Positions 35,011 to 45,915 are shown, counted from the first letter of the whole stretch. The stretch: DNA of 62,898 bases, filler included, from Globobulimina sp. (GCA_003354225.1; 36 parts of 36 records of this genome joined end to end with filler, not necessarily neighbours in it); one strand, 5' to 3'. Numbers and translations are program-made. Notes: generated by a model from the letters alone, not told the origin.

Positions 35011-35649
35011 TATTTCTCCATACTCCCGACCAATCAATACAAACAAGTTACTGTCTTCAATTGGATGTCTCAACAAGTCACCATTCGTTTTTTTGTATTC
35101 GTCCATTATAATTGGTGCTAAAACAAACAAAGAAATTATTTCTGTACTTTCATACAGAAATGTTTACCTAAATCCAGAAAGTAAATAATAGATTGTCGTC
35201 CCCAAATGACACAACCTTCCCGAGTAGGTCTGAGACCAGTTTCAATTTCTGCATCTGGTAAATATACTCTGAAAAAGTGTGATGAAATCAAAAGAAATAA
35301 AGAAAAACTGTTAATTTTACCTAATATGAAGTCCAATTTCCTGACGATAAAAACCAAGATATCCATAATATCCTTCACCAAGATCAAAATATCTGCCAGT
35401 TGGTGTACTTTCATGTTTCTCAAAACAACTTCCAGGTTTGCCTGTTTTCTTGGATGTTTTCGATAATGGTTGATACTTTGTGGAATAATCACCAGTTGAT
35501 GCACTCCTTTTGTTACCATACTGCCTATCTCGATGCACATTGTTGTAGTTGTTTTGTTGTGTAGGTGCTGGTGGTGGAGCAAAAACTCTCAAAGCAGATC
35601 TGGTCCTATATCCACCAGCCGCTTTTGTTTTCGATCTGGTATTGTACAT
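35011..35649 (-). CDS. PC4-like ssDNA-binding protein (probably tandem PC4 domains), 3 exons (35649-35321, 35268-35168, 35117 to contig end)
   Basis: Spliced product reads FDLGEGYYGYLGFYRQEIGLHIRVYLPDAEIETGLRPTREGCVIW; GT-AG introns 35269-35320 (52 nt) and 35118-35167 (50 nt) keep the frame. Confidence 0.7.
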
Positions 35650-35724
35650 GCTAAAATATTTTTATTTAAAAATCGATACATATATACAATACATATAACA
35701 ATAGCCACTGAAGCAGAAAACACA

Positions 35725-35905
35725 GCGCGCGCCTATAGGCGCGCGCGATATCAAAACAAGATAAGGCCGCTTCAGCGGCCTATTTTATTTTTCAGCCACA
35801 TATGTGGCTGAAAAATGCGCGCGCGATCGAAAGAAAAGTTTAAAGTTCCGACTCACATCCCGCGCCCCATGGCGCGGCGGCTACAGGCCGCCGCGCCGGG
35901 GCGCG
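35725..35905. promoter_or_regulatory. Cluster of four palindromes/hairpins between the polB and PC4-like genes
   Basis: 22-bp perfect palindrome 35725-35746; 7-8 bp hairpin 35764-35781; 30-bp perfect palindrome 35787-35816; 19-bp all-GC stem 35861-35905. Function unknown. Confidence 0.6.
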
Positions 35906-35950
35906 TGAAGGGTCAGAAGAACACAATATGTACATGGCTATTATATGGAT

Positions 35951-36660
35951 CTATTCTCCTCCTCCTACACACCAACCCCATGGAAATAAACGATAATTAA
36001 AACGATCAAAATCACAATATACAAATTGTCTCTTAGTCATAGAATATTGAACTTTCTTAAGTGAAGTTTCTAAGTTCTGCAATATTCCTCCTTCTAAGAT
36101 ATTTCTACGAATTTTAGAATCCCTAAGCTTAAGATGCATGGGCTGATTTGGCAATTTGTGTACAGCTGTTAATAAAAGTTGTTTCATTTTGTCAAAACAA
36201 AGTTCGTCTTTGCCATTTTGTGTCAGTCCTTTGAATTTGATTTCCACTGAACCCGAATTCGTTTCGTAGCAGTAGGATTTGTTTCCTGCAAACAAAATTT
36301 TAAATGACTTCACACTATACTCTAAAAAATTTTTTTTACCAAGAACGACCAGCTTTGTAATAAAATCGCCATCATTGAGTTCATTTTTGAGATAACCAAG
36401 GTGATCAGAAGTGGCTACAGGTATGACATCTTTGTAGTGAAAAATAATTGAATCCTACAATTATATTATTGATCATGTTATTACAACGACTATACTAACT
36501 TACAGTATCCAAGTAAGCAACAGAAAATTCAATTGGTTCTATGACTTTCAATAACTTAAGGCGGGCCAATGCAGTTGTCCAACTTGAAATAACAACATTG
36601 GATGTACTGTGCACCACATCGATTAATTCTAAATCCTTTTGGGTTTGCACGAGTAATACA
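35951..36660 (-). mobile_element. C-terminal part of a protein-primed family B DNA polymerase (Polinton/Maverick-like) with two introns
   Basis: SNVVISSWTTALARLKL, AYLDT|DSIIF, LGYLKNEL, G|NKSYCY, KFKGLT, KR and PWGW; introns 36455-36503 (49 nt) and 36286-36339 (54 nt). Confidence 0.85.
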
Positions 36661-37114
36661 NNNNNNNNNNNNNNNNNNNNNNNNNNNNNNNNNNNNNNNN
36701 NNNNTTAATTAATTAANNNNNNNNNNNNNNNNNNNNNNNNNNNNNNNNNNNNNNNNNNNNTTTAATTCAACAAAGTCCAAATTAAAGCTTGATGCAGAAA
36801 TACTATCCAATAGATTTCAGAGAATTAATTCGCTTAAAAATAATAAAGAAAACCGTAGAAACTCTATGTTTAATAATTCTCGCAATATTTCAGTTATTAG
36901 TATTTAATATATACATTTTTTCATTTCTTTCAATATTGTTTGTATACATATACACAAAACAAAATTGTAGAAAGCAAATAAAAATACCAATAGAAGATTT
37001 TCCAATATATACATTCCGTCGTCAACAAATACATCAAATAACAAAACAAATGATGAACAAACGCAAAGTGAAAATACAAAGATTTTCTTTGAAAATAAAG
37101 AATATTATTCTTCA

Positions 37115-38209
37115 TTGTACACTAAGCACAACCCACGGAAATCAAATATTCGTTCTGTCCATAATTACTTTGATTCATTAAAAAGTGATGAAAACACAAT
37201 AAAAACTAGATTGCGACAGAAATGGCAAGAGCTAAAAAAAGATGTCAACAAATTAAATTATTTCAACAACAACAAACTGAACAAAACAACACAAAAAATA
37301 AATTTGAACAACACAACCATGCAACAGCCATCTGTTAAAACCGAAGCAACCAAACTTAAATATTATCCAACACCAAAATCGAATCTAACCTATTGCTTCA
37401 AACTGCCACCACAAAAAGAACAAAAAGATCCAGAATCACAGTCAAATGAAACAATCACACAACTCGAACCGGAAATGTTTGAGGATAATATATCGAAAAC
37501 GCCGAAGAACGAAGAGATCACAGTGGAGAGTGTGGGAAATATACAACAAAGTGATATTATTGAAGATACGCATGATCACTCCTCAATATATTGCTTATCC
37601 AACGTTGCGAAATCGAATGAATACTGGGATTTTTCCGTCCGCCAACTAAAAAATAAATTGTTAAATATGAATGTATCCATTAATAATTGCATAGAGAAGA
37701 AAGACTTAATCGAGAAAATCAAAACGGGTGCGACTGCGACCAATAACAATGAATCTACAAATACTTTAAATAATAAATATTACAGAAAACAAGCACCCAA
37801 ATCTGCGAAAGATGTACATAGCAAATGTATACGTACATCTTTTTCGAATAAAAATAAACCATCGATACTGTATGACACAATATTTAATGATACGCGAGAG
37901 AGTAAGCAACAAATAATGAAGAGAATTGATGTATGGATTCATAGATGGAGTTATCGCCGAAACTTTCGTCAATTATTAAATTCCATTTTTGAATATAAAT
38001 TAAATGATAAGCGGTACCTATCTCGTCATGATGACAATTATTTGTTAATGATGAAACTGTATAAAAAAGCAATATTACTAATCCATCCGGACAAACACGT
38101 TAATTCATCATTTGAAATTAAATATAAATCTGCGGAAATGTTTAAAATTTTAATCAATATCGCTGATAGATATAAAAAAAAACATGAAATACGAAACAAG
38201 ATGTATTAG
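37115..38209 (+). CDS. Protein with a C-terminal auxilin-type J domain (start uncertain)
   Basis: W..RRNFRQLLNSI...YKKAILLIHPDK; internal SVRQLK..L...V....CIEKKDL helical motif. Confidence 0.75.
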   Translation: MYTKHNPRKSNIRSVHNYFDSLKSDENTIKTRLRQKWQELKKDVNKLNYFNNNKLNKTTQKINLNNTTMQQPSVKTEATKLKYYPTPKSNLTYCFKLPPQKEQKDPESQSNETITQLEPEMFEDNISKTPKNEEITVESVGNIQQSDIIEDTHDHSSIYCLSNVAKSNEYWDFSVRQLKNKLLNMNVSINNCIEKKDLIEKIKTGATATNNNESTNTLNNKYYRKQAPKSAKDVHSKCIRTSFSNKNKPSILYDTIFNDTRESKQQIMKRIDVWIHRWSYRRNFRQLLNSIFEYKLNDKRYLSRHDDNYLLMMKLYKKAILLIHPDKHVNSSFEIKYKSAEMFKILINIADRYKKKHEIRNKMY

Positions 38210-38510
38210 TTTGTATTGTTTGTGTATCTCTATGTATTTTGTGTATTGTATGTGGTATTTAAATAAATTGCGATGTTAATCGATAAGTTGTTTGTTGAAC
38301 AACCTTTTGAATAGGAATAATAGTGTTTTTTGTTTGTTATTTTTCTATGCGATGTTTTGTTGCATCTTAGGCAGAGTACCAAGGCTCTCTGATATTTGTG
38401 GCATTGCTTCNNNNNNNNNNNNNNNNNNNNNNNNNNNNNNNNNNNNNNNNNNNNTTAATTAATTAANNNNNNNNNNNNNNNNNNNNNNNNNNNNNNNNNN
38501 NNNNNNNNNN

Positions 38511-39146
38511 TATAATGATAAAAGTATAACATTGGAATGTTGTGACATTGGATGTGGTTCCGGCAGAGATTCTATTTGGTTATGTCTTAGAAAATGGAAA
38601 TTGTGGAATGTTGACTGTGTTGATTATAATTGTAAAATGTTGGAAAGAGTATCTCAATTTGCATTGGATGCTAATGTCTCTCATAAAATATCAGTCATAA
38701 AATCTAAAATAAGGGGTGATAATAAAATAAATTTATATAAAGATATTCATGATAATGTACCATTTTTAGTTCACGATTTGAATGATTTGAATGAGGAATT
38801 GCAAGAAACTAAAGTCAATCAACAAGAAAGTCAAGAATCAAAATTGTATTTTTTTGAAAAACAGTATGATTTGATTCTTTGTTGTCGTTTCTTGGAAAGA
38901 TGTGTTGTAAATAAATTATGGAAAAACGGTAAAATGTTGAAACAGAATGGATATTTATTGATGTTTACTTTCATGGAAGGTTCAGAAAAATTTGGTAAGC
39001 CGAAAAATCCAAATTATTTGTTAAAAAAAGGAGAACTTAAACAAATTTTTAGTGATGAAACGATGTTTAAAATCATCATTGATCAACAGTTCACATTAGA
39101 TGATGGTCGCCCGATGCAAGCGTTTTTGTGTCAAAAATTACAGTAA
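38511..39146 (+). CDS. Class I SAM-dependent methyltransferase (TehB-like), 5'-truncated
   Basis: DIGCGSGRD, YDLILC.RFL.R, LK.NG.L and LL..GEL. Confidence 0.8.
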   Translation, partial: YNDKSITLECCDIGCGSGRDSIWLCLRKWKLWNVDCVDYNCKMLERVSQFALDANVSHKISVIKSKIRGDNKINLYKDIHDNVPFLVHDLNDLNEELQETKVNQQESQESKLYFFEKQYDLILCCRFLERCVVNKLWKNGKMLKQNGYLLMFTFMEGSEKFGKPKNPNYLLKKGELKQIFSDETMFKIIIDQQFTLDDGRPMQAFLCQKLQ

Positions 39147-39219
39147 AATGTAACAATATGACATATTGAAGTTTTCTTGAAGTGAGTTAGTAAATTGTTA
39201 AAAGGCGTTTGGCAAAAAC

Positions 39220-39906
39220 ATGGCAGAAGATGAGCTAGTTACGAAAGTGGTAGTTATACAACAAGATTACAATAATATATACGATGATAATGTAACCATA
39301 GCTGACATAGCAGGATCAGAAGCAACACCAATAATATCAATAGGAAGAACGTCATACACCGATAGCTACCCAAGAGTGATAAGTAACAAATTAATGTTAA
39401 AACGGCCACCATTTGTCTGTATGGACACAATATGTCAAATGATGAATTGTTTTGCATTGATTGTATTAAATATCTCTATAATATTGCTTTATGACGAAAA
39501 TAAGTTCAAAAGAGTGGATATCTTTTGGGCAATATTTGCATTCAGCGGCGTATCAATGATACTACTCAACAGATATAAATATGCTTTGCTATCAGAACTT
39601 GCTCAATGTATACTTTATTCGTGGTTTTGTAATTGGAATAAATGGATTTGGGCTACCAGCAATAAAGCATTACTCTCATTTTCCGTCTTATTGTTGGTGC
39701 TGTTTGGCTGCAAATTATTGCCCTGCATCGCAAATAGGTTCTGTACGCATCCAACGTGGTATATAATAAACCAATCTGTCTCAACCAAACGGAAAAACAT
39801 ACTCAAACATCAAAGTAATATGAATTTTCAATGTCAGTGTGAGGGGATTTTTATTGTAGTAACCACTGTTCCCTTGTTTTATTTTAATCAAAGTTGGTAT
39901 ATATAA
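39220..39906 (+). CDS. Hypothetical multi-pass membrane protein
   Basis: 228-aa ORF with several hydrophobic segments. Confidence 0.45.
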   Translation: MAEDELVTKVVVIQQDYNNIYDDNVTIADIAGSEATPIISIGRTSYTDSYPRVISNKLMLKRPPFVCMDTICQMMNCFALIVLNISIILLYDENKFKRVDIFWAIFAFSGVSMILLNRYKYALLSELAQCILYSWFCNWNKWIWATSNKALLSFSVLLLVLFGCKLLPCIANRFCTHPTWYIINQSVSTKRKNILKHQSNMNFQCQCEGIFIVVTTVPLFYFNQSWYI

Positions 39907-40569
39907 TATATGTTTGATCCATATTTGTATAACAAAATAGTAACACATAACTTCCAATATTTTAGATCGAGTATGGGGTGAAACGTGCCTTGCCATTGTT
40001 GTAGTTGTCATATCATCGTATCATCAAATTATCTATGTCGGACTATTGATGTTAAAGAATTATTATGTTGGCCAAATGAAGGATGATATGATTGGGAGAT
40101 CAAATAAATTAAAATATGATCAACATTGAGAAACATACGTACTTGAAACAGAATTCAGGANNNNNNNNNNNNNNNNNNNNNNNNNNNNNNNNNNNNNNNN
40201 NNNNTTAATTAATTAANNNNNNNNNNNNNNNNNNNNNNNNNNNNNNNNNNNNNNNNNNNNTTTGCGTTGTTTATCTCTGTCCTTTTGTGGGGCTTTCGAG
40301 TTACGCGATTTATTATTAATAGCGGTGATGCTATTTATGTTTTGATTACGATTATGATTATTTGCTTTAGTGGCTGCTGAATATGAGCGATTTGAGTTTA
40401 TATTGGATTGTGCCATTTTGAGTATATGGTATATTTGATTGCGAATCAAAAGTATATTGATATATTGAAAGATGTGGAGACAAGAGCGATCAATTCACTT
40501 CTCTTGTATGTCTTTGCTAATTAGTGACTATGAGTTGTCAACTTGTGAGAATTAATATGGCGAAGCCAT

Positions 40570-40608
40570 GTTTAGAAGTTTAGAAGTTTAGTGTTTAGAA
40601 GTTTAGAG
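40570..40608. repeat. Short tandem array of GTTTAGAA-like 8-mers at the PLE truncation point
   Basis: gtttagaa gtttagaa gtttagt gtttagaa gtttagag. Confidence 0.85.
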
Positions 40609-41179
40609 GCCGAGCGGCTAATTTTGGCGTATTATCATCATTTAATTTATGCGCCTTAGATATAGGTTGATGTACAGGCAATTTATAAAAGAATGATTTG
40701 ATTTTATTAATGATACGTCGGCGATTTATAAATAAATGTGCGAAATTCGTGTTTTTTAATATAATGTTTATCAATTTATGAATATGAACTAATAATTCAT
40801 CAGAAATCCAGGTTGTTTCTTGTTCATTGTTTGATAAAACAGTGTAAAATTTGCATTTATTTATAGTATCAATATTGAGTTTATCCCAATCACTTTTTAT
40901 ATTAATGATAGGGCCCAGATTCTTGTCCGAATTTCCAATGTATAAATCTGGGAATATGTTATTGATATTGTTTAATATTTGAATATCTTTCATAGTCGCT
41001 GTTGGTTTGTTGACTTTGCGTAAAGTTTTAAAATGTTTGAGTTGTTTAAATTTGACAAAGTCTAAAAACTTTTGGTATTTATCATTTAGTTCCATGGTCT
41101 CGTTGAGTGTGCATTTATTGTTAACTAAATGTTTCATATGTTGTTTATTAAATGATTTTACAATTTGTTTATATGCCAT
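40595..41179 (-). mobile_element. Penelope-like retroelement RT N-terminal region, truncated
   Basis: I.NSDKNLG.I motif and P....SKAHK......ARPL block that precede the RT core in PLEs. Confidence 0.6.
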
Positions 41180-41201
41180 TTTTTGTATTTTGATATATTT
41201 A

Positions 41202-41735
41202 TTATTGTTTATCTTTTGTAGATTTGTTGAGAATTTTATGTAACGGCGGACATAAATTATTGATTTTTGTATTGGATCGATTGTGGTAATTGGTGGCGTC
41301 GAAATCTTTTATGTTTGAGATGATATTAATTATTATATTGAAACAAAGATTAATTATTTTTATGGTCATATCAAAATGACAAATAATATGACCATTATTA
41401 GTATTTTTGTTGTTGTTTATTATTTTGTACGTGTTTGGAGTATTTGTTGTACTTTCCATTTGTTTTAATTCAGCCATTTTTATTTCAATAGCTAGGTCCT
41501 TCGACATAAGCTGTTGTCTAAATTGATCCATTTGTAATTTCATGTCGTAATTATTTCTCTGTAATTGATCAATTTGTTGCTTTAGTTCTAATTTTTCGTT
41601 TCCATTATCACGCTCTTTCTCATTTATTTTCATTTGCTGCAATTTATATTGATCAATTAATTGAATATTTTCTTTTTTTAGTACTTCTTTTTCGTTTCTT
41701 TCTTGTTGCCATTGTTTTTTATAATATATACTCAC
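41202..41735 (-). CDS. Coiled-coil ORF upstream of the PLE RT fragment
   Basis: Heptad Q/K/E-rich stretch on the same strand as the RT fragment. Confidence 0.4.
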   Translation of the reverse strand: MSIYYKKQWQQERNEKEVLKKENIQLIDQYKLQQMKINEKERDNGNEKLELKQQIDQLQRNNYDMKLQMDQFRQQLMSKDLAIEIKMAELKQMESTTNTPNTYKIINNNKNTNNGHIICHFDMTIKIINLCFNIIINIISNIKDFDATNYHNRSNTKINNLCPPLHKILNKSTKDKQ

Positions 41736-42104
41736 ATCATATTGCTCAGATATTTCATTATTTGCTTCATCGATGAGAGTTTCATTAATTGTTTCATTTA
41801 TTATTGATTTGTCATCGCTTTTATCGAATTCTTTCGAATCATTGCTTTTATTTCTGAACCCATAATCGAATAATTTATTATTATCATTTATTTGATATTT
41901 TTGAGAGAAANNNNNNNNNNNNNNNNNNNNNNNNNNNNNNNNNNNNNNNNNNNNTTAATTAATTAANNNNNNNNNNNNNNNNNNNNNNNNNNNNNNNNNN
42001 NNNNNNNNNNCGGTAATTAGCGGGGAATGATATGTAGCTGCTATGATAATTGATTTCGTCACGTTTTCGTTCATTTAGATAATTGATTTCGTCACGAATG
42101 ATAA

Positions 42105-43482
42105 TTGTATTCAAAATCCGTTCATTTATATGATAACACGCATAGGTTACCGGATGGTGCGACTTTATATGGCTTAGTAAAGCATTCGCATAATGTGGCT
42201 GTTTTGGGTTTTGGTAATTTTAAAAACGAAGCAGGTGATGGAGAAGACGTAGTGTTGCAAAATGTGCATATTCGCGATTTACAACATGGTTTGAATGAAA
42301 TACCGGCAACTTATTTTGATAAATGTGACAGTTCAAACACAAACGCAATGACACCAATAAAGGGACCGTTTGCCGATGTTTTAGATTTGCGAAAGATGGT
42401 TGGTGTGGACAATGAACATGTTATTGACAAAGGAGGCAGTGCATATCGGGAGTTATCGTATGACGGTAACCCATTAAGTGATGCCCAAATCGCATTAGCT
42501 ATCTATGGCTCGCAATATCAGCAACTAAATTTTGGCTCTGTTGGAATGGATCAACATTCACATTTCCTGCAGTGGGCATTGGATGAATATGAAGGGAAAC
42601 ACTATGACGGTTTGCCGCGGTGTACAGCATTTATGTGTAATGGCGATATTATGTTACATACAAACAAAGGTATAATCGGTGCGAGATTTGATTTGATTGA
42701 GGACATTACAATAAATAATATACAAATTACCAATTTGCACAATAAATCGCCACTTAGCAGGTGTGTATTGCATATAATATAAGTTTATATCTCTTAATGT
42801 CTCACAATATGGGAAATTGGAAATGGATATACATAGCTTTGCCTGTGAGGATTATACCGGAGAGCATGATGGCGGCAGTAAAGGACAGTTGGATTTGGAA
42901 GGTTCGATGGGAACGGATGTGACAGGGTTTTCGATGTATGGCGGAAATGTACTGTTTGAAGGAGATAACAATGTATTTGATGAGATACAGAGTGATTATG
43001 GCAGTGCAATGGCCATACATTTAATGAGCGATGCTGCCGTGGAAGTGGATGATGCGTCAAATATTCAGATATTGCAAGAACATATAAAATCAGGATTGTT
43101 GATGGATAAGCAGCAAATTTTAAACTTAATAAAAGAAAATAAATATCCGTATCCGAATAATTTCTATGAATCAAATATAATGTTAGGAGATAACTGCAAT
43201 GCACCAAGTAATGATATTGAACTATCGCCAAATCCACCAAATGGTGTGGATCAGATATTTTGTAGGAAAAACGCTTTGGTTCTATCCGTAGATCCTGATA
43301 TTACACAGCAACCGACCTCAAACACTGTAAATAATAAACCGATATCAAACCAACAAGGCATGTGGCTCGATAATAGATATAAAGAAAAGGAAAGTAAATC
43401 ATCCTCATCCAGTTCATCATCGTCATCCTCTTCCTCATCGAGTTCAAATGAATATGGGATGGGAAGTAGATATCGATGGTAA
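42105..43482 (+). CDS. Hypothetical protein, 3' part, intron 42761-42836
   Basis: A 76-nt GT-AG intron joins the two ORFs in frame (SPLSSFACEDY); N/I/G-rich, beta-helix-like; C-terminal poly-Ser. Confidence 0.6.
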
Positions 43483-43759
43483 AATATTATATTATAAATT
43501 TTTCACAGAAAATATATTTTTTTTGCCTTTCTTGGCTCATTATTAATTTTGATAATTTTGTGTCTGTTTGTTATATTTTTTAATTATGCATGTCCTGTTA
43601 TAATACGACTTTTTTTCTTGTTTTTTTTTCTACATTGTATTATTGTGTGGTTGGGTATANNNNNNNNNNNNNNNNNNNNNNNNNNNNNNNNNNNNNNNNN
43701 NNNTTAATTAATTAANNNNNNNNNNNNNNNNNNNNNNNNNNNNNNNNNNNNNNNNNNNN

Positions 43760-45037
43760 CGCAAACAGATCGCCAAAGCAAAAGTATTCGTAAAATTAAA
43801 ATCCGCGCCAATGCCAGCTCCAAAAGGCGTGATCATCAGCAATGATTTGGACATTATCCCGACGCGCAAAATGGAGACCGACGCGGATATCGAATTGAGA
43901 CTAAAATTAGAGAAAATATTAAACGATTCACGCAACGAACAATTAGAAAACCAACAATGTCCGATTTGTGGCGAATATATCAACATTTTGCACTTATCGC
44001 AACATATTCGGATCGAGCTATTGGACCCAAAATGGAAGGAACAAAAAGAATCATTGAAACTAAAACTATCGCAAACCACATTAGCTTCCAATCAGCAGAT
44101 TTCTGAGAATTTAATCAAATTCAACCAAGCACAGAACATAGACGCCAACGACAACAACAACCCGACTTTGGATGGCGTGCAGCCATGGAATGGCCATCAA
44201 GACTCATTGGCGCAGCAGAAACAGTTGAAAGCGGCGCAGGAAGAGCTGAAAAAACAGGAGAAATTATTAAAAGAGCAAGCGAAGGAAAAGGAGAGGGCCT
44301 CAAACGAAGCAAACAACAAACCCCCTCCACCGCAGCCACACTATCCTCCGATGCCAATTCCAATGCAGCCCCGACACACTGGTCACAGTCACAGCCAACA
44401 GAGCTATCTGAACCCAATGATGAATGCGCACTTTGCGCGGCCTCCCCATCCGCCGCCGCACCCGCACGCTCATATTATGCTGCCACCGCACCATCCATAC
44501 CACCATCACAGACCGCATGTGCCTCCCTTTGTGCATATGGGACAGCCTCCCTTTCCTCCACCGCCCGCAATGCGGCACCCACAGCAACCGCAGCACCCAC
44601 AGCCATCGCAGCCGCAGCAGGCAATGATGCAGCAGCCGGCGGCGAAGAAGATGAAATTGAATAATAATAAAGTGGTCGGAGTTGGCGGTGGGAATAAGAT
44701 GGAAGGATTGATTGAGGAAAACGAGTTTATTCAACAAAATGGCGGTGTTGGGAATAGTGTGAAAATCCGGATAAAAGTACCCAAGGATGAGAAGAAGAAA
44801 CAGTTTAATTTCAATGGACAGACTTTGACGTTTACGATGCAATTAAAGCAGAATGTAAATGAATTGAAGCAGCGGATACACAGTGTGTTGAGTATACCGA
44901 CAAACAAACAGAAATTGAGGATACAAACCAATGGCATTTGGGTCAAGGATGCCAACTCTTTGGCGTTTTATAATATTAACTCTTCGTCGATGTTGGAGTT
45001 GGCCACAAGAACCAGAGGCGGTAAAAAAAATAAATAA
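43760..45037 (+). CDS. SF3A1: Splicing factor 3A subunit 1 (Prp21), C-terminal part
   Basis: CPICGE.I....L..HIRIELLDPKWKEQK, Pro-rich linker, C-terminal ubiquitin-like domain ending SLAFYN...RTRGGKK. Confidence 0.9.
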   Translation, partial: RKQIAKAKVFVKLKSAPMPAPKGVIISNDLDIIPTRKMETDADIELRLKLEKILNDSRNEQLENQQCPICGEYINILHLSQHIRIELLDPKWKEQKESLKLKLSQTTLASNQQISENLIKFNQAQNIDANDNNNPTLDGVQPWNGHQDSLAQQKQLKAAQEELKKQEKLLKEQAKEKERASNEANNKPPPPQPHYPPMPIPMQPRHTGHSHSQQSYLNPMMNAHFARPPHPPPHPHAHIMLPPHHPYHHHRPHVPPFVHMGQPPFPPPPAMRHPQQPQHPQPSQPQQAMMQQPAAKKMKLNNNKVVGVGGGNKMEGLIEENEFIQQNGGVGNSVKIRIKVPKDEKKKQFNFNGQTLTFTMQLKQNVNELKQRIHSVLSIPTNKQKLRIQTNGIWVKDANSLAFYNINSSSMLELATRTRGGKKNK

Positions 45038-45191
45038 TATTGTAATGTTTTTATTGACAGAAATTGTTTTTTTTTTCGAAAAACTTTAACTTAAATTCAT
45101 ATTAAACTCTGTCTGGTTTTATTAATATTAAGGTCTATAATAAAAACAACAATGATTGCACCCAACATCTAAAAAATAAGCTATCAGTCTC

Positions 45192-45408
45192 TCACTGTTG
45201 ATCCTTTTCATCCTGCGCTGGCATCAACATTCGTCCATCCGCAAACACTCCGGATTTAGTCAACAAGCCCGGTAGATGCGGCACATAGGCGATTTGCTTC
45301 AATCCCGTCATAGCGTCAGCTTGCAACTTCATCGCAGCTAACTGTGTCCCCAACTTAGTACTTTCCAACAAGCGCGAATATTCGCTCTCCCCCTGACCAG
45401 ACAATTCC
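45192..45408 (-). CDS. C-terminal fragment, possibly of an SPFH/band-7-like protein
   Basis: G.GESEYSRLL..T.LG.QLA.M..Q..AM.GL..IAYVP pattern. Confidence 0.35.
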
Positions 45409-45915
45409 NNNNNNNNNNNNNNNNNNNNNNNNNNNNNNNNNNNNNNNNNNNNTTAATTAATTAANNNNNNNNNNNNNNNNNNNNNNNNNNNNNNNNNNNN
45501 NNNNNNNNTTGGCCACTGCTTTTGTATCTAAACACAGTAGAGCTGAGGATTGCTTTTTTGACAGACAAAATTTGGTGTACCCCAAAATGAGTTAACACGC
45601 CTTGATCAAATCATGTGCAAAATATCGATCAGGGGCATGGTATCTATTACAACTCATAGTTTAACCCGGTATACAGTATGAGAAATATGCGATAAGTACA
45701 ACTCGATCAGGGCCAAGAGAAATATGCGGTATACAGTGGGGGGGTTATCTATCTGAATATATCTTTAGTGTTTTGGACAACTGCATTTTCAATCGTATTC
45801 GGAAAAGCATTATGTTCAATTATCTCGTGGAGTCTGTCTCGCGATATGTGTATGACTTTTCCAACGCACTATTTGCATTTTTCATTGGCAAGAAATTTAT
45901 ATTAATTTATATAGA

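Noticed and set aside
44121-44955. Several long overlapping ORFs within SF3A1
   Set aside because: They are shadow frames of a GC-rich Pro/Gln/His-coding segment.
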